Shown piece after piece: positions 50,899 through 60,640 of a stretch of 64,000 nt of DNA. The notes under the pieces were generated by a model. The model was not told the DNA's origin. It ran no database searches and saw only the letters and a list, made by a program, of their open reading frames with translations. The position numbers were made by a program, and so were the translations under genes. The stretch comes from Anaeromyxobacteraceae bacterium (GTDB lineage: Bacteria > Myxococcota > Myxococcia > Myxococcales > Anaeromyxobacteraceae), in assembly GCA_047602405.1 (NCBI GenBank), contig JASGHJ010000001.1:1152001-1216000 (forward strand). The letters are read 5' to 3'. Position 1 is the first letter of the stretch; each line of letters opens with the position of its first letter.

Positions 50899-53826
50899 GT
50901 GCGAACCGAGAACCCGAACGAGGAGGCCACCGCCGGGCCCGGCGCCGGCGTCGAGCCGGGCACGCTGTCGCGCCTGATCCGCGACATCGCGGCCGACGGC
51001 GACGCACGGGGCGAGGACGGTCCGGCGCCGCTCGGGGAGGGCGCGGTGGTGGGCCGGTTCCGGCTCCTGCGCGAGCTCGGGCGCGGCGGCTTCGGGGTCG
51101 TCCACGAGGCGGAGGACACGGTCCTCCCGCGCCGGGTCGCGCTGAAGCTCGTCCGGACCGGCCCGCGGTCCTCGCTCCGCAGCGAGCGGCTCCTCGAGGA
51201 GGCCGAGGCGGCCGCGCGGCTCGCGCATCCGAACATCGTCACGCTCCACGACGTCGGTCGCTCCGAGCACGGGCCGTACCTCGTGCTCGAGCTCCTCGAT
51301 GGCGAGGTGCTGCAGCGCCGGCTCTCGCGCGGCGCGCTCCCGCCCGCCGAGGCCGTGCGGATCGCCGCTGGCGTGGCGCGCGGGCTCGCGCACGCACACG
51401 CCCGCGGCGTCGTGCACCGCGACCTCAAGCCCGGCAACGTCTTCCTCACCCGCGACGGCCACGTGAAGGTGCTCGACTTCGGCCTCGCCCATGCCTTCGG
51501 CCTGAAGCGCGTCGAGGGCGGCACGCCGGCGTACATGGCCCCGGAGCAGCGGGCGGGTGGCGACGAGGACGAGCGCACCGACGTGTACGCCCTCGGCGTG
51601 CTGCTCTTCCGAATGCTGGCGGGGCGCCTCCCCTTCGCGCCCGAGGACCCCGAGGCGGCGGCCCCCGGCGCGGGCCGGGCCCCGGCGCTCGAGCTCCCGG
51701 GGCTCCCGGCGCTGGGCGAGCTCGTCGCGCTGATGCTCGAGCGGGACCCGGCCGCGCGGCCGCGGGACGGCGGCGAGGTGCTGCGCGCGCTCGAGCCCAT
51801 CCTGGCGCTGCTCACGGCCGCCGCGCCGGCGCCGGAGGCCATCGCCGTCCGGCCTGCGCCGCGCGCCCCGCCGTGGTGGAGGACCCGCCGCGCGCAGGCG
51901 CTCGGGCTCGCGCTCCTCGTGGCGATCGCCGCGGGAGGCGCCGCCGCCGCGCGCCTGCTGCGCCCGCCGCCTCCGGCCCCGCGCCCGGTGGTCGCGGTCG
52001 CCGACGTCGAGAACCTCACCGGCGATCCGGAGCTCGACGGCCTCGGCGCCCTGCTCTCGACCTCGCTCGAGCAGTCGCGGCGGCTCGAGGTGCTGACCAC
52101 CGAGCGGCTCCGCGAGCTCTCCGCGCAGGCGGGCCACCCCGCCGGCGCCCGGATCGACGAGGCCCGCGGGCTCGAGCTGTGCCGGCGCGCCGCCGCGGAC
52201 GCGCTCGTCGTCACCGCCGTGCGCCGGCTCGGCACGAGCTACACGGTGGAGGCGAAGCTCGCGGAGCCGGGCCGCGCGGCCCACCGCGCGACGTTCCGCG
52301 AGCAGGTCGCCACGAAGGAGGCGCTCCTGCCCTCGCTGGACCGGCTCGCCGAGCGGCTGCGCGAGGCGCTCGCCGGGCGTGAGCGCGGGGGCGGCGGCCC
52401 GGGCGTGGAGGCGCTCGTCACCGGGAACCTCGAGGCCTACCGGCACTACCTGCGCGGGCGCGAGGAGTACCGGAAGGTCGAGTACGCCGAGGCCGCGCGC
52501 GCGTACCAGGCCGCCCTCGCCGTCGATCCCGACTTCGCGCTCGCCCACCTCGAGCTCGCGCGGATCGGCCGGCTCGGCGAGCTTCCCCGGGACCTCGCCG
52601 CGGGCCACCTCTCCGACGCGCTCCGGCTCGCGGCCCGGCTCCCGGAGAAGGAGCGGCACCTGCTCGAGGCGTGGCGGCTCGCCGACGCGGGCGACGCGGA
52701 CGGGGCGGACCGCACGTTCGAGGCGCTCGCCGAGGACTTCCCGAACGAGGCCGACGTCGCCCTCGAGCTGGGCCAGCGGCTCGCCGCGCGGGACCAGGTG
52801 GAGGCGGCGGTTCCCCACCTGAAGCGCGCGAGCGCGCTGCGCCCCGCGGACATCATCGCGGGCTGGGAGCTCGCGAGGGCGCTCGGCTGGCTCGGGCGCG
52901 CCGACGAGGCGGTGGAGCAGGCTCGACGGCAGCACGCCGCCACCCCGAGCCCGGGTTCGGCGGTGGTCCTCGGCACGGCGCTCGAGGTCGCCGGCCGCTA
53001 CGCGGAGGCCGTGCCGCTCGGGCGCGCCGCGCTCGGCGGCGGCGAGCCGCAGGGGCGCTCGCTCGTGATGAGCGCGTCGCACGCCTCCGAGGACTTCGCG
53101 ACGGTCGAGCGCGAGGTGAGCGAGAACCTGCGCGCGCCGCTCGCCACCGATCGCGCCCGGGCGCAGGGCAACCTCGCCGCGACCCTCGTCTGGCAGGGCC
53201 GGCGCGCCGAGGCGCTGCGTGCGATCGCGAGCGCCGAGGACGGCGACTTCCCCGGCTTCATGACGCGCTTCCGGGTCATGCTCCTCGCCGGCCTCGGCGA
53301 GCCCGGGCGGCTCCGCGCCGAGGCGCAACGCCTCGCCGAGGTGGACCCCGAGAACGCCATCCTCGCGGCGCCCGCGGTGGCGTGGGCCGGCGACCCGGGC
53401 TCGGCTGCGCTCCTCGCCCGCCGGCTCCCGCCGTCGGGGGCGAACGGCAGGCTCCACGCCGCGGTGGTCGGCTGGCGCGCCGGCGACGCGCGCGCGCTCG
53501 AGGAGCTCCACCGGCTCGCGGCGACGCACGCCTCGGGTGAGCTCCTCGACGGCTTCTTCTTCGGGGAGGCTGCGCTCGAGGCCGGGCGCCCCGAGGAGGC
53601 GCGCGCGGCGCTCGAGCGGTTCCTCCGGCTGCCGGTGAAGACCGGGTGGTCGGCGTGGGCGAAGCCTCGGGCGCGGCTCCGGCTCGCGCAGGCGCTCGAG
53701 CGGCTCGGCCGGCTCGACGAGGCCCGGGCCGTCGCCGAGCGGGTCGCGGTCACCTGGCGGCGCGCGGACGCGGACTACCCGCCGGCCGCGGAGCTGAGGG
53801 CGCTGCGGGACCGGCTCGGGCGGTAG
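50899..53826 (+). CDS. Membrane Hanks-type Ser/Thr protein kinase with C-terminal TPR region
   Basis: LGRGGFG, VALK, HRDLKPGN, DFG, GTPAYMAPE; TM segment; TPR helices. Confidence 0.93.
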   Translation: MRTENPNEEATAGPGAGVEPGTLSRLIRDIAADGDARGEDGPAPLGEGAVVGRFRLLRELGRGGFGVVHEAEDTVLPRRVALKLVRTGPRSSLRSERLLEEAEAAARLAHPNIVTLHDVGRSEHGPYLVLELLDGEVLQRRLSRGALPPAEAVRIAAGVARGLAHAHARGVVHRDLKPGNVFLTRDGHVKVLDFGLAHAFGLKRVEGGTPAYMAPEQRAGGDEDERTDVYALGVLLFRMLAGRLPFAPEDPEAAAPGAGRAPALELPGLPALGELVALMLERDPAARPRDGGEVLRALEPILALLTAAAPAPEAIAVRPAPRAPPWWRTRRAQALGLALLVAIAAGGAAAARLLRPPPPAPRPVVAVADVENLTGDPELDGLGALLSTSLEQSRRLEVLTTERLRELSAQAGHPAGARIDEARGLELCRRAAADALVVTAVRRLGTSYTVEAKLAEPGRAAHRATFREQVATKEALLPSLDRLAERLREALAGRERGGGGPGVEALVTGNLEAYRHYLRGREEYRKVEYAEAARAYQAALAVDPDFALAHLELARIGRLGELPRDLAAGHLSDALRLAARLPEKERHLLEAWRLADAGDADGADRTFEALAEDFPNEADVALELGQRLAARDQVEAAVPHLKRASALRPADIIAGWELARALGWLGRADEAVEQARRQHAATPSPGSAVVLGTALEVAGRYAEAVPLGRAALGGGEPQGRSLVMSASHASEDFATVEREVSENLRAPLATDRARAQGNLAATLVWQGRRAEALRAIASAEDGDFPGFMTRFRVMLLAGLGEPGRLRAEAQRLAEVDPENAILAAPAVAWAGDPGSAALLARRLPPSGANGRLHAAVVGWRAGDARALEELHRLAATHASGELLDGFFFGEAALEAGRPEEARAALERFLRLPVKTGWSAWAKPRARLRLAQALERLGRLDEARAVAERVAVTWRRADADYPPAAELRALRDRLGR

Positions 53827-54868
53827 CGGGGGTGCCGAGGACCACCGCGTGGACGAGCCCGCGCTCCGGGCCTTCGACGCCCGCGGCGGCCTCCGCGAGC
53901 ACCGCGCTGAAGGCGCAGGTGGGGACCGCGGCGAGGCCGAGGTCGCAGGCGGCGACGAGCAGGTTCTGCGCGACGTGGCCGGCTTCGAGGAGCACCGCCC
54001 TGAGGTGCGCGGGGTGGGCGTACTTCCACGCGGTGCGCGCCCAGGTGGCCTCGAGGAACACGATCGCGGCCGCGCCGTCGACCCAGGCCTGCCCGCCGAG
54101 CAGCGCTCCGCCCGCGGCCTGCGGGCCGAGGCGCACCGGGGCGAGCGCGCGGGCGAGGCCGTCGTAGCGGTAGAGCCCGGGCGCGAGGCCGCGGACCCGG
54201 CGCACGCTCACGAGCCCCTCCACCGGCTGCCGCGCGCCGCCGGACGGCGCGAGGCGGAGCGGATGGTCGCCGAGGTCGGGGTGGTGGACCACCTCGCGTA
54301 CGCCGAGGCCGGCGAAGAGGACGTCGGCGAGCGCGGCGCGGGAGAGCGGCGCGTCCGAGAACGTGCGCACGCTCCGCCGGCGCAGGAGGTGGCGGAGCAC
54401 GCCCGAGCGCGTGCGCGGGGCGGGCAGCGGCACGGCGGCGCGCGGCCGTGCGGAGGGCAAGGTGGGTGGCGGGCGGCGCCGGGCCTTCGCGGCGGCCCAC
54501 GCGAGCGAGCCCTCGACGCTGGCCCAGGGCGCGTCGCGGCCGAGGTGCCAGAACCCGCCGGCGATCGGGCCCCAGGGCCAGGCGCCCGCGAGCGCGACGT
54601 CCTCCCGATCGCGGCGGCTGCTGCGCTCGACGAGCACGCCGGCCGAGAGCAGCCGGAGCACCGTGGCGCGGGGCGAGGGGTCGCCGGCGGCGCGGAGGCG
54701 GGCCTCCACGGTGCGCGTGCTGGTCCAGCCGTCGAGCGCGCCGACCAGCGCCGCCGCGGCGCCGAGAGGGACCGGGCGCCCGAGCGCGTAGTTCTCGCCC
54801 ACGAGTGCGCCGCCCACGGCATGCGCGAGGAACGCGTGCGCGCGCCGGAGCGGCGGTGGCCGGGTCAC
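53750..54868 (-). CDS. SagB/ThcOx-family FMN-dependent peptide dehydrogenase (nitroreductase fold) with an N-terminal extra domain
   Basis: RRRSVRTF, PSGGARQP, PGLYRY, WKY, EAGHVAQN; GTGA overlap with the upstream peptide. Confidence 0.88.
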   Translation of the reverse strand: MTRPPPLRRAHAFLAHAVGGALVGENYALGRPVPLGAAAALVGALDGWTSTRTVEARLRAAGDPSPRATVLRLLSAGVLVERSSRRDREDVALAGAWPWGPIAGGFWHLGRDAPWASVEGSLAWAAAKARRRPPPTLPSARPRAAVPLPAPRTRSGVLRHLLRRRSVRTFSDAPLSRAALADVLFAGLGVREVVHHPDLGDHPLRLAPSGGARQPVEGLVSVRRVRGLAPGLYRYDGLARALAPVRLGPQAAGGALLGGQAWVDGAAAIVFLEATWARTAWKYAHPAHLRAVLLEAGHVAQNLLVAACDLGLAAVPTCAFSAVLAEAAAGVEGPERGLVHAVVLGTPATARAGPAAPSAPRPAGSPRPRAAR

Positions 54869-55014
54869 CGGCCGCGCCGGCGGGGCTTCGCCGGGCCGGG
54901 CCGCCGTCTCGGGGCGGGCTTCTTCGCCGGCTTCGTGGCCGGGCGGCGCGCGGGCGCCTTGCGCGTGGGGCTCGCCGGCGCGGGCTCGGTGGGATTGATC
55001 GGGAAGCCGATCAT
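54865..55014 (-). CDS. 49-aa peptide MIGFPINPTEPAPASPTRKAPARRPATKPAKKPAPRRRPGPAKPRRRGR (candidate precursor)
   Basis: GAGGAG RBS; ATGA overlap with the upstream gene and GTGA overlap with the SagB-type gene. Confidence 0.7.
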   Translation of the reverse strand: MIGFPINPTEPAPASPTRKAPARRPATKPAKKPAPRRRPGPAKPRRRGR

Positions 55015-55289
55015 CGGAGCATCTCCTCGGCGGGTGCGCACTCCGCGCCCGCGAAGGTCGCCCGCCACAGTGCCTTCGCGAGCTCCATCACGGCCTCCGC
55101 CCCGCGATCGGCCGGGAGGCGCGTGGCGAGTGCGTTCGCCTCCTCGAGCGGGGCGAGGATCCGTTCGTCCACCCAGGCGCGGCGCTCCGCCTCGGCGAGC
55201 TCCTCCGCCAGCCAGCCGGCCCGCTCGCCGAAGAACGCGATCGAGGCCTCGAGCAGCGCTTCCCGGGTCGCCTTCGTCACTCCGTCCAT
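55011..55289 (-). CDS. 92-aa helical acidic hypothetical protein
   Basis: GAGGAGGGAG RBS; MDGVTKATREALLEASIAFFG... Confidence 0.65.
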   Translation of the reverse strand: MDGVTKATREALLEASIAFFGERAGWLAEELAEAERRAWVDERILAPLEEANALATRLPADRGAEAVMELAKALWRATFAGAECAPAEEMLR

Positions 55290-55509
55290 GATCACTCCCT
55301 CCTCTCCAGCAGATGTCGCACCGGGACGGACTTGACGTTCAGGGCGGCTCGCCGCTGCACGTGGAGTGAGCCAGTGGCAGGCGCAGACGTTTGCGCCGAG
55401 GCTCGCGCAGGTGGGTGGGAGGAGCCCCACGACTTCCTCCGCGGAAGTGTTTGCGAACGGGTCGCAACAGCGCGGCCGATGGTCGCGCGGCCAGGCGTAT
55501 GCTCCACCG

Positions 55510-56122
55510 GTGCGCCTCGTCCTCGCCCTCGCGCTCCTGCCCGCGCTCGCGGCGGCGCAGACGTCTGCGCAGGACGACCTCGTCCCCGCGCTCGCCGCCG
55601 AGGTCCGGGAGCTCACGCCCTGGCGCGTCGGCGCCTGGGCCCGCGGGGACGAGCGGGTCCGCGCGCTCGACCCGGTGGCCCGCGAGCGGCTCCTCGTCGC
55701 CCTCGAGGAGCCCACGCGGTGGTGGGCGCCGCCGCTCAACCTCTATCCGGGGTTCGCGCTCGGCTCGCTCGCGTCCGGCGATCCGCGCGGCCTCTGGCTC
55801 CTCGTGGCCGACGGCGCGGCCATGGCGGTCATGACCGTGGGCATGGTGATTCTCGTTCGGCGAGGGCGCGGGTCGCCCGCAGGCGGCGGTCGACCGGCAG
55901 AAGCGGGTGGGCAACGGGCTCGTCTACGGAGGCCTCGGGCTCCTCGCGGTCTCGCGCGCCGCGGGGCTCGTCCTGCCGTTCACGTTCCACGGGCGGGCGC
56001 ACCTCGAGCTCTCGCGCGCGTTCGCCGCAGCGCCGGCGGCGCCGAGCGCGGCCGCGTTCGTGCTGTCGGTGCCGTCGGCGCGCGGGACGGGCGTCGTGGG
56101 CGGGCTGGCGGTGGTGTTCTGA
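55510..56122 (+). CDS. Exported membrane protein with a P13-porin-like motif; 1-nt insertion at ~55850
   Basis: Signal peptide; LNLYPGFALGSLASGD. Correcting GATTC to GATC joins it to the 55907-56122 ORF. Confidence 0.6.
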
Positions 56123-56237
56123 TGCGACGAGCGCCGCCCGCAGACGAGGGGCTGGACGCGGCTCGTCCGGACGCCCCTCGCCCCCCGTTGAGCGCACGGC
56201 CTCTCCGGACGAGCGCCGGTCGAGGCTGCGGGACCCC

Positions 56238-59200
56238 TTACGCCCCGCCCAGCCCCCGCACGATGAAGTAGATCGCCTCCGGGTGGTGCAGCACGATCGC
56301 GGAGGTCGACTGCTCCGGCACCATCTGGTGCGCCTCGGTGAGCGACACGCCGATGGTCCGGTCCGGCTCGAGCAGCCTCCAGACCTGCGTCTGGTCCGAG
56401 AGGTCCGGCCAGCTCGGATAGCCCGGCGAGTACCGCTTGCCGCCACCCTCCGGGATGCCGAGCTCGGCGCGCACCTTCCGGTGCCAGTACTCCGCGAGCG
56501 CCTCGGCCGCCTCGACGGCGAGGCCGTGCAGGAAGAGGCCGCGGGTGTAGTCGCCCCGGGCCTGCGCCTCCTCGGCGAGGTGCGAGGCCTGGTCGCCGAC
56601 GGTGACGACCTGGAACGTCGCGACGTCGGAGCCGGGCTCCTCGCGGAACCAGTCGGCGAGGCAGAGGTTCCGGTCGTCGGGCTGGCGCGGGAGCTTCAGC
56701 CGCGCGAGCTCGGCCTTCTTGTTCGCGGGGTCGAGGACGACGAGGTCGTTCCCCTCGGCGTGCACGGGGAAGTGGCCGTACACGACCTTCGGCGTGAGCC
56801 AGCCCTTCGCCTTCGCCTCGGCCTGCAGCTCGGCGAGCTTCGGGCCGAACTCCTCGCGCACGAGCTTCTCGTACTCGGCGCCCTTCGCGCGCACGCCCCA
56901 CTGCAGCTTGTAGAGCTCGTCGAGGTCGAGCATCGGCCAGAGCTCGTCGATGGAGATCGCGCCCGAGGGCACGACGCGCTTCCCCCAGAACGGCGGCGTG
57001 GGGATGCGGGGGGCGGGGGTCACGTCGGCGCGGCGGATTGCGGGCGCGGCGGCGATCGCCGGCGCGGCCGGCGCGTCACGGTTCGCGGTGGCCTTCTGGA
57101 GCACGGCGCTCTTCACGGCGTCGCGCCGCTTCGGGTCGACGAGCTGCTCGACCACCTCGAGCCCCTCGAACGCGTCCTTCGCGTAGAAGACGCCGCCGGC
57201 GTACGGCGTGCCGCCGTCGACGAAGTGTGCCTTGTAGCCGAAGCGCCGGTTGATGGCCGCGCCGCCGATGATGACCGGGAAGGCCAGGTTCCGCCGGTGC
57301 AGCTCCTCCACGCAGAAGGGCATCTGCTTCGAGGTCGAGACGAGGAGCGCCGAGAGCCCGATCGCGTCGGCCCCGGTCTCGACCGCCTTCTCGATGATGG
57401 TCGCGACGGGGACCTGCTTGCCGAGGTCGTGCACGGTGAACCCGTTGTTGACGAGGATCGTCTTCACGAGGTTCTTCCCGATGTCGTGCACGTCGCCGTA
57501 GACGGTGGCGAGCACCACCGTGCCCTTCGTGGTGCCCTCCTTCTTCTCGAGGAACTGCTCGAGGTGGGCGACCGCCTTCTTCATCACCTCGGCGGACTGC
57601 AGCACGAACGGCAGGATCAGCTCGCCCGCGCCGAACTTGTCGCCGACGTCCTTCATCGCCGGGAGCAGCACCTCGTTCAGCACCGCGACCGCCGAGCGGC
57701 GCTCGAGCGCGTCGTCGATGAGCGCCTGGATGCCCTCGGGCTTGCGGTGGAGGATCTGCAGGTGGATCCGCTCCTCGGCGGTCTTCCCGGCGAAGACGTC
57801 CTCCTGCACGACCTGCTTCTCGGCGCCCTTCGCGCCGAAGTGCTCGATGAGCCGCGCGAGCGCGTCGGGGCGGCGGTCGAAGACGAGGTCCTCGGCGAGC
57901 GCGCGCTCCTCGGCGGGGATCTGCGGGATGGCGCGGATGTCCTTGGGGTTCACGATGGCGAGGTCGAGCCCCGCCTGCACCGCGTGGAACAGGAACACCG
58001 AGTTCACGACCTCGCGCGCCTGCTTCGCGAGGCCGAAGGAGACGTTCGAGACGCCGAGCGTGGTGAACACGCCGGGGTTCTCGGCCTTGATCCGCCGGAT
58101 GCCCTCCAGCGTCTCGACGGCGCTCTTGCGGTACTCGTCGGAGCCGGTCGCGAGCGTGAAGGTGAGGCAGTCGAACACGAGCGCGTCCGCGGGGACGCCG
58201 TACTCCTTCGCGACCGCCACGAGGCGGCGCGCGATCTCGGCCTTGCGGTCCGCGGTCTGCGCCATGCCCTTCTCGTCGATGGTCATCGCGACCACCGCGG
58301 CGCCCCAGCGCCTCACGAGCGGCAGGACCTTCTTGACCCGCTCGCCGGACTTCTCGAGGTTGATCGAGTTGACGATGCAGCGGCCCGGGTAGGTCTTGAG
58401 CGCCGCCTCGATCACGTCCGCCTCGGTCGAGTCGACCATCAGCGGGGCGTCCACGCTCTGGGCGAGCAGCTTCACGAGGGTGCGCATCTGCGCGGTCTCG
58501 TCGTCCCGCTCGTTGAGCGCCACGCACACGTCGAGCACGTGCGCGCCGGCGTCCACCTGCCCGCGGGCGATCTCGACGAGCCCCGCGTAGTCGTCGGCGA
58601 GGAGCAGCTCCTTCACCTTCCTCGAGCCCTGCGAGTTGACGCGCTCGCCGACCACGAGCGGCCGGGGCTGCAGATCGAGCGGCACGGCCTTCATGGCCGA
58701 GCTGAGCTCGGGCAGCGCGCGCGGCCGGGCGCGCTTCTTCGTCTCCACCGGCCGGATCTTCTCGACCACCGCCCGGAGGTGCGCCGGCGTCGTGCCGCAG
58801 CAGCCGCCCACGAGGTCGACGCCGCTCTCGACCACGAAGTCGCGGAGCGCGATCGCGAGGTCGTCGGGGGAGAGCTTGTAGACGGCCTTCCCGTCCACGT
58901 TCTCGGGCATGCCGGCGTTCGGCAGCACCGAGATGTAGTGGCTGCACTTCTCGGAGAGCGTGCGGATCGAGGCCCGCATCTCGGCGGGGCCGGTCGAGCA
59001 GTTGAGCCCCACGCAGTCGACCGGCAGCCGCTCGAGCGTCGCGAGCGCGCTCGCGATGTCGGTGCCGAGCAGCATGCGGCCGTTCGCGTCGATGAGCGTC
59101 GGCTGCGCGATGAGGAAGACGTCGCGCATGAGCTCCTTGCGCACGGCGTCGACCGCGAGCACCGCGGCGCGGAGCTCCAGCATGTCCTGCTGGGTCTCGA

Positions 59201-59679
59201 CGATGATCGCGTCGACGCCGCCCTCGACGAGGCCGCGGGCCTGCTCGAAGAAGATCCGCTCGAGCGCGTCGGAGGTGATGTTGCCGAGCGCCGGGTCGCT
59301 CGACGACGGCAGCATGCCGGTCGGGCCGATGGAGCCGGCGACGAAGCGCGGGCGGTCCGGCGTCGAGAACCGCTCCGCGGCCCGGCGGGCGAGGATGGCC
59401 GCCTTGAAGTTCACCTCGTAGGTGCGGTGGCCGACGCCGTACTCGTCGAGCTTGAGGCGCGAGGAGCCGAAGGTGTTGGTCTCGACGACGTCGCAGCCGA
59501 CCGCGTAGTAGCGGGCGTGGATGTCCTCGATGAGGTCGGGGCGGGTCAGCGTGAGGAGGTCGTTCGCGCCCTCCTTGCCGCCGAACTCGGCCGCGGTGAG
59601 CTGGTGGCCCTGGATTCTGGGTGCCCATGGCGCCGTCGAAGACGAGGACGCGGCGCTCGATGGCTTCTCGGAAGGTCAC
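56238..59679 (-). CDS. metH: Cobalamin-dependent methionine synthase; 1-nt insertion at ~59615
   Basis: DGAMGTQ(I)Q, ETNTFG, GLNC, GGCCGTTP, GDVHDIGKN, RYSPGYP. Confidence 0.95.
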
Positions 59680-59819
59680 GGTGGGGGTCCTGACGCGGGG
59701 CCGTCCGCTGGGGCGGAGGTCGGGTAAGCCCTAGATAACAGGCCCTGGGCCCCGGATCGAGCCCCCGGCGGACGACCTGCCGCTTTGACGGAAGGACCGG
59801 GGGCCGGTCCGGGCCTGGC

Positions 59820-60458
59820 TCAGCCCGCGAGCAGGTTGTTCGCGGCGTGGACGGCGATCGCCGGGAGGATCGATCCGGTCCGCCAGGCGAGGAACCCGAG
59901 CGCGGCACCCTGCACGAGGAGGAAGGCGAGGCTGAACCCGAGCTCCGCCGCCGGCACGCCCTGGGTGAGCCAGCCGGGCGCGTGCATCGCCGCAAAGAGC
60001 GCCGCGGTGACGGCCTGGGCGCGCACCGGGCCGCTCCACCGGAGCTGCTGGCGCAGCACGAAGCCGCGCATCAGGACCTCCTCCAGCGCCGCGCGCAGGA
60101 GCGTGAGCGTGACGAACGCGGCGAGCGCCGGCCACGCGGTCGCCGGCCGCGCGCCGCCGGGGCCGGCGAGCGCGGCCGCGAGCGCGAGGTACGCGGCGGC
60201 CACGAGCACCGCGGCGGAGCGCCCGCGCCGCTCGAGCGCCGTGACGAGCCCGAGCGCCTGGAGCGGCGGCCTCGGATTGCTCGACCTCAGGTAGAGCGCG
60301 ACGGGGACGAGCCAGACCACCACGCGCAGGAGCACCTGGAGCGGCGCCTGCGCGGCGGCGGGCCAGTGCGCCTGCTCGAGCGGCAGGATGAAGGCATTGT
60401 GCAGCGCCCAGGCGCCGAGCACGGCGGCGGTGACCCACCAGAAGCGGCGAACCGGCAT
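59820..60458 (-). CDS. CPBP (CAAX/Abi) intramembrane protease
   Basis: LEEVLMRG, LFAAMH, HAANN. Confidence 0.85.
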   Translation of the reverse strand: MPVRRFWWVTAAVLGAWALHNAFILPLEQAHWPAAAQAPLQVLLRVVVWLVPVALYLRSSNPRPPLQALGLVTALERRGRSAAVLVAAAYLALAAALAGPGGARPATAWPALAAFVTLTLLRAALEEVLMRGFVLRQQLRWSGPVRAQAVTAALFAAMHAPGWLTQGVPAAELGFSLAFLLVQGAALGFLAWRTGSILPAIAVHAANNLLAG

Positions 60459-60640
60459 CCGGGCATCGTAACCGGGCATGCCGGCACGCCGGCGCCACCC
60501 CGCGATCGGGTGCGACGATTGGCCCGGGCTCCGCGGCTTTGACGCGGCGGAGCCCACGGGTCACGCTCCCCGTGAACGGCTCGCGCGCGGGGGTGCGCGG
60601 CCGGTCCGCCGTACTCGGAGCTCGCAGCAGGGGAGACCAC

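Noticed and set aside
56238..59679. metH (and likewise ygiQ at 17310-19242) as true pseudogenes or programmed frameshifts
   Set aside because: Both are otherwise intact, lack slippery sequences, and break at the same GATC-insertion signature.
59680..59819. Possible SAM or cobalamin riboswitch upstream of metH
   Set aside because: No recognisable conserved core (B12 box or SAM-I/II motifs) in the short leader.
59820..60458. CPBP protease as the processing or immunity gene of the SagB/peptide operon
   Set aside because: It is separated by metH and another gene, and nothing in the sequence links them.
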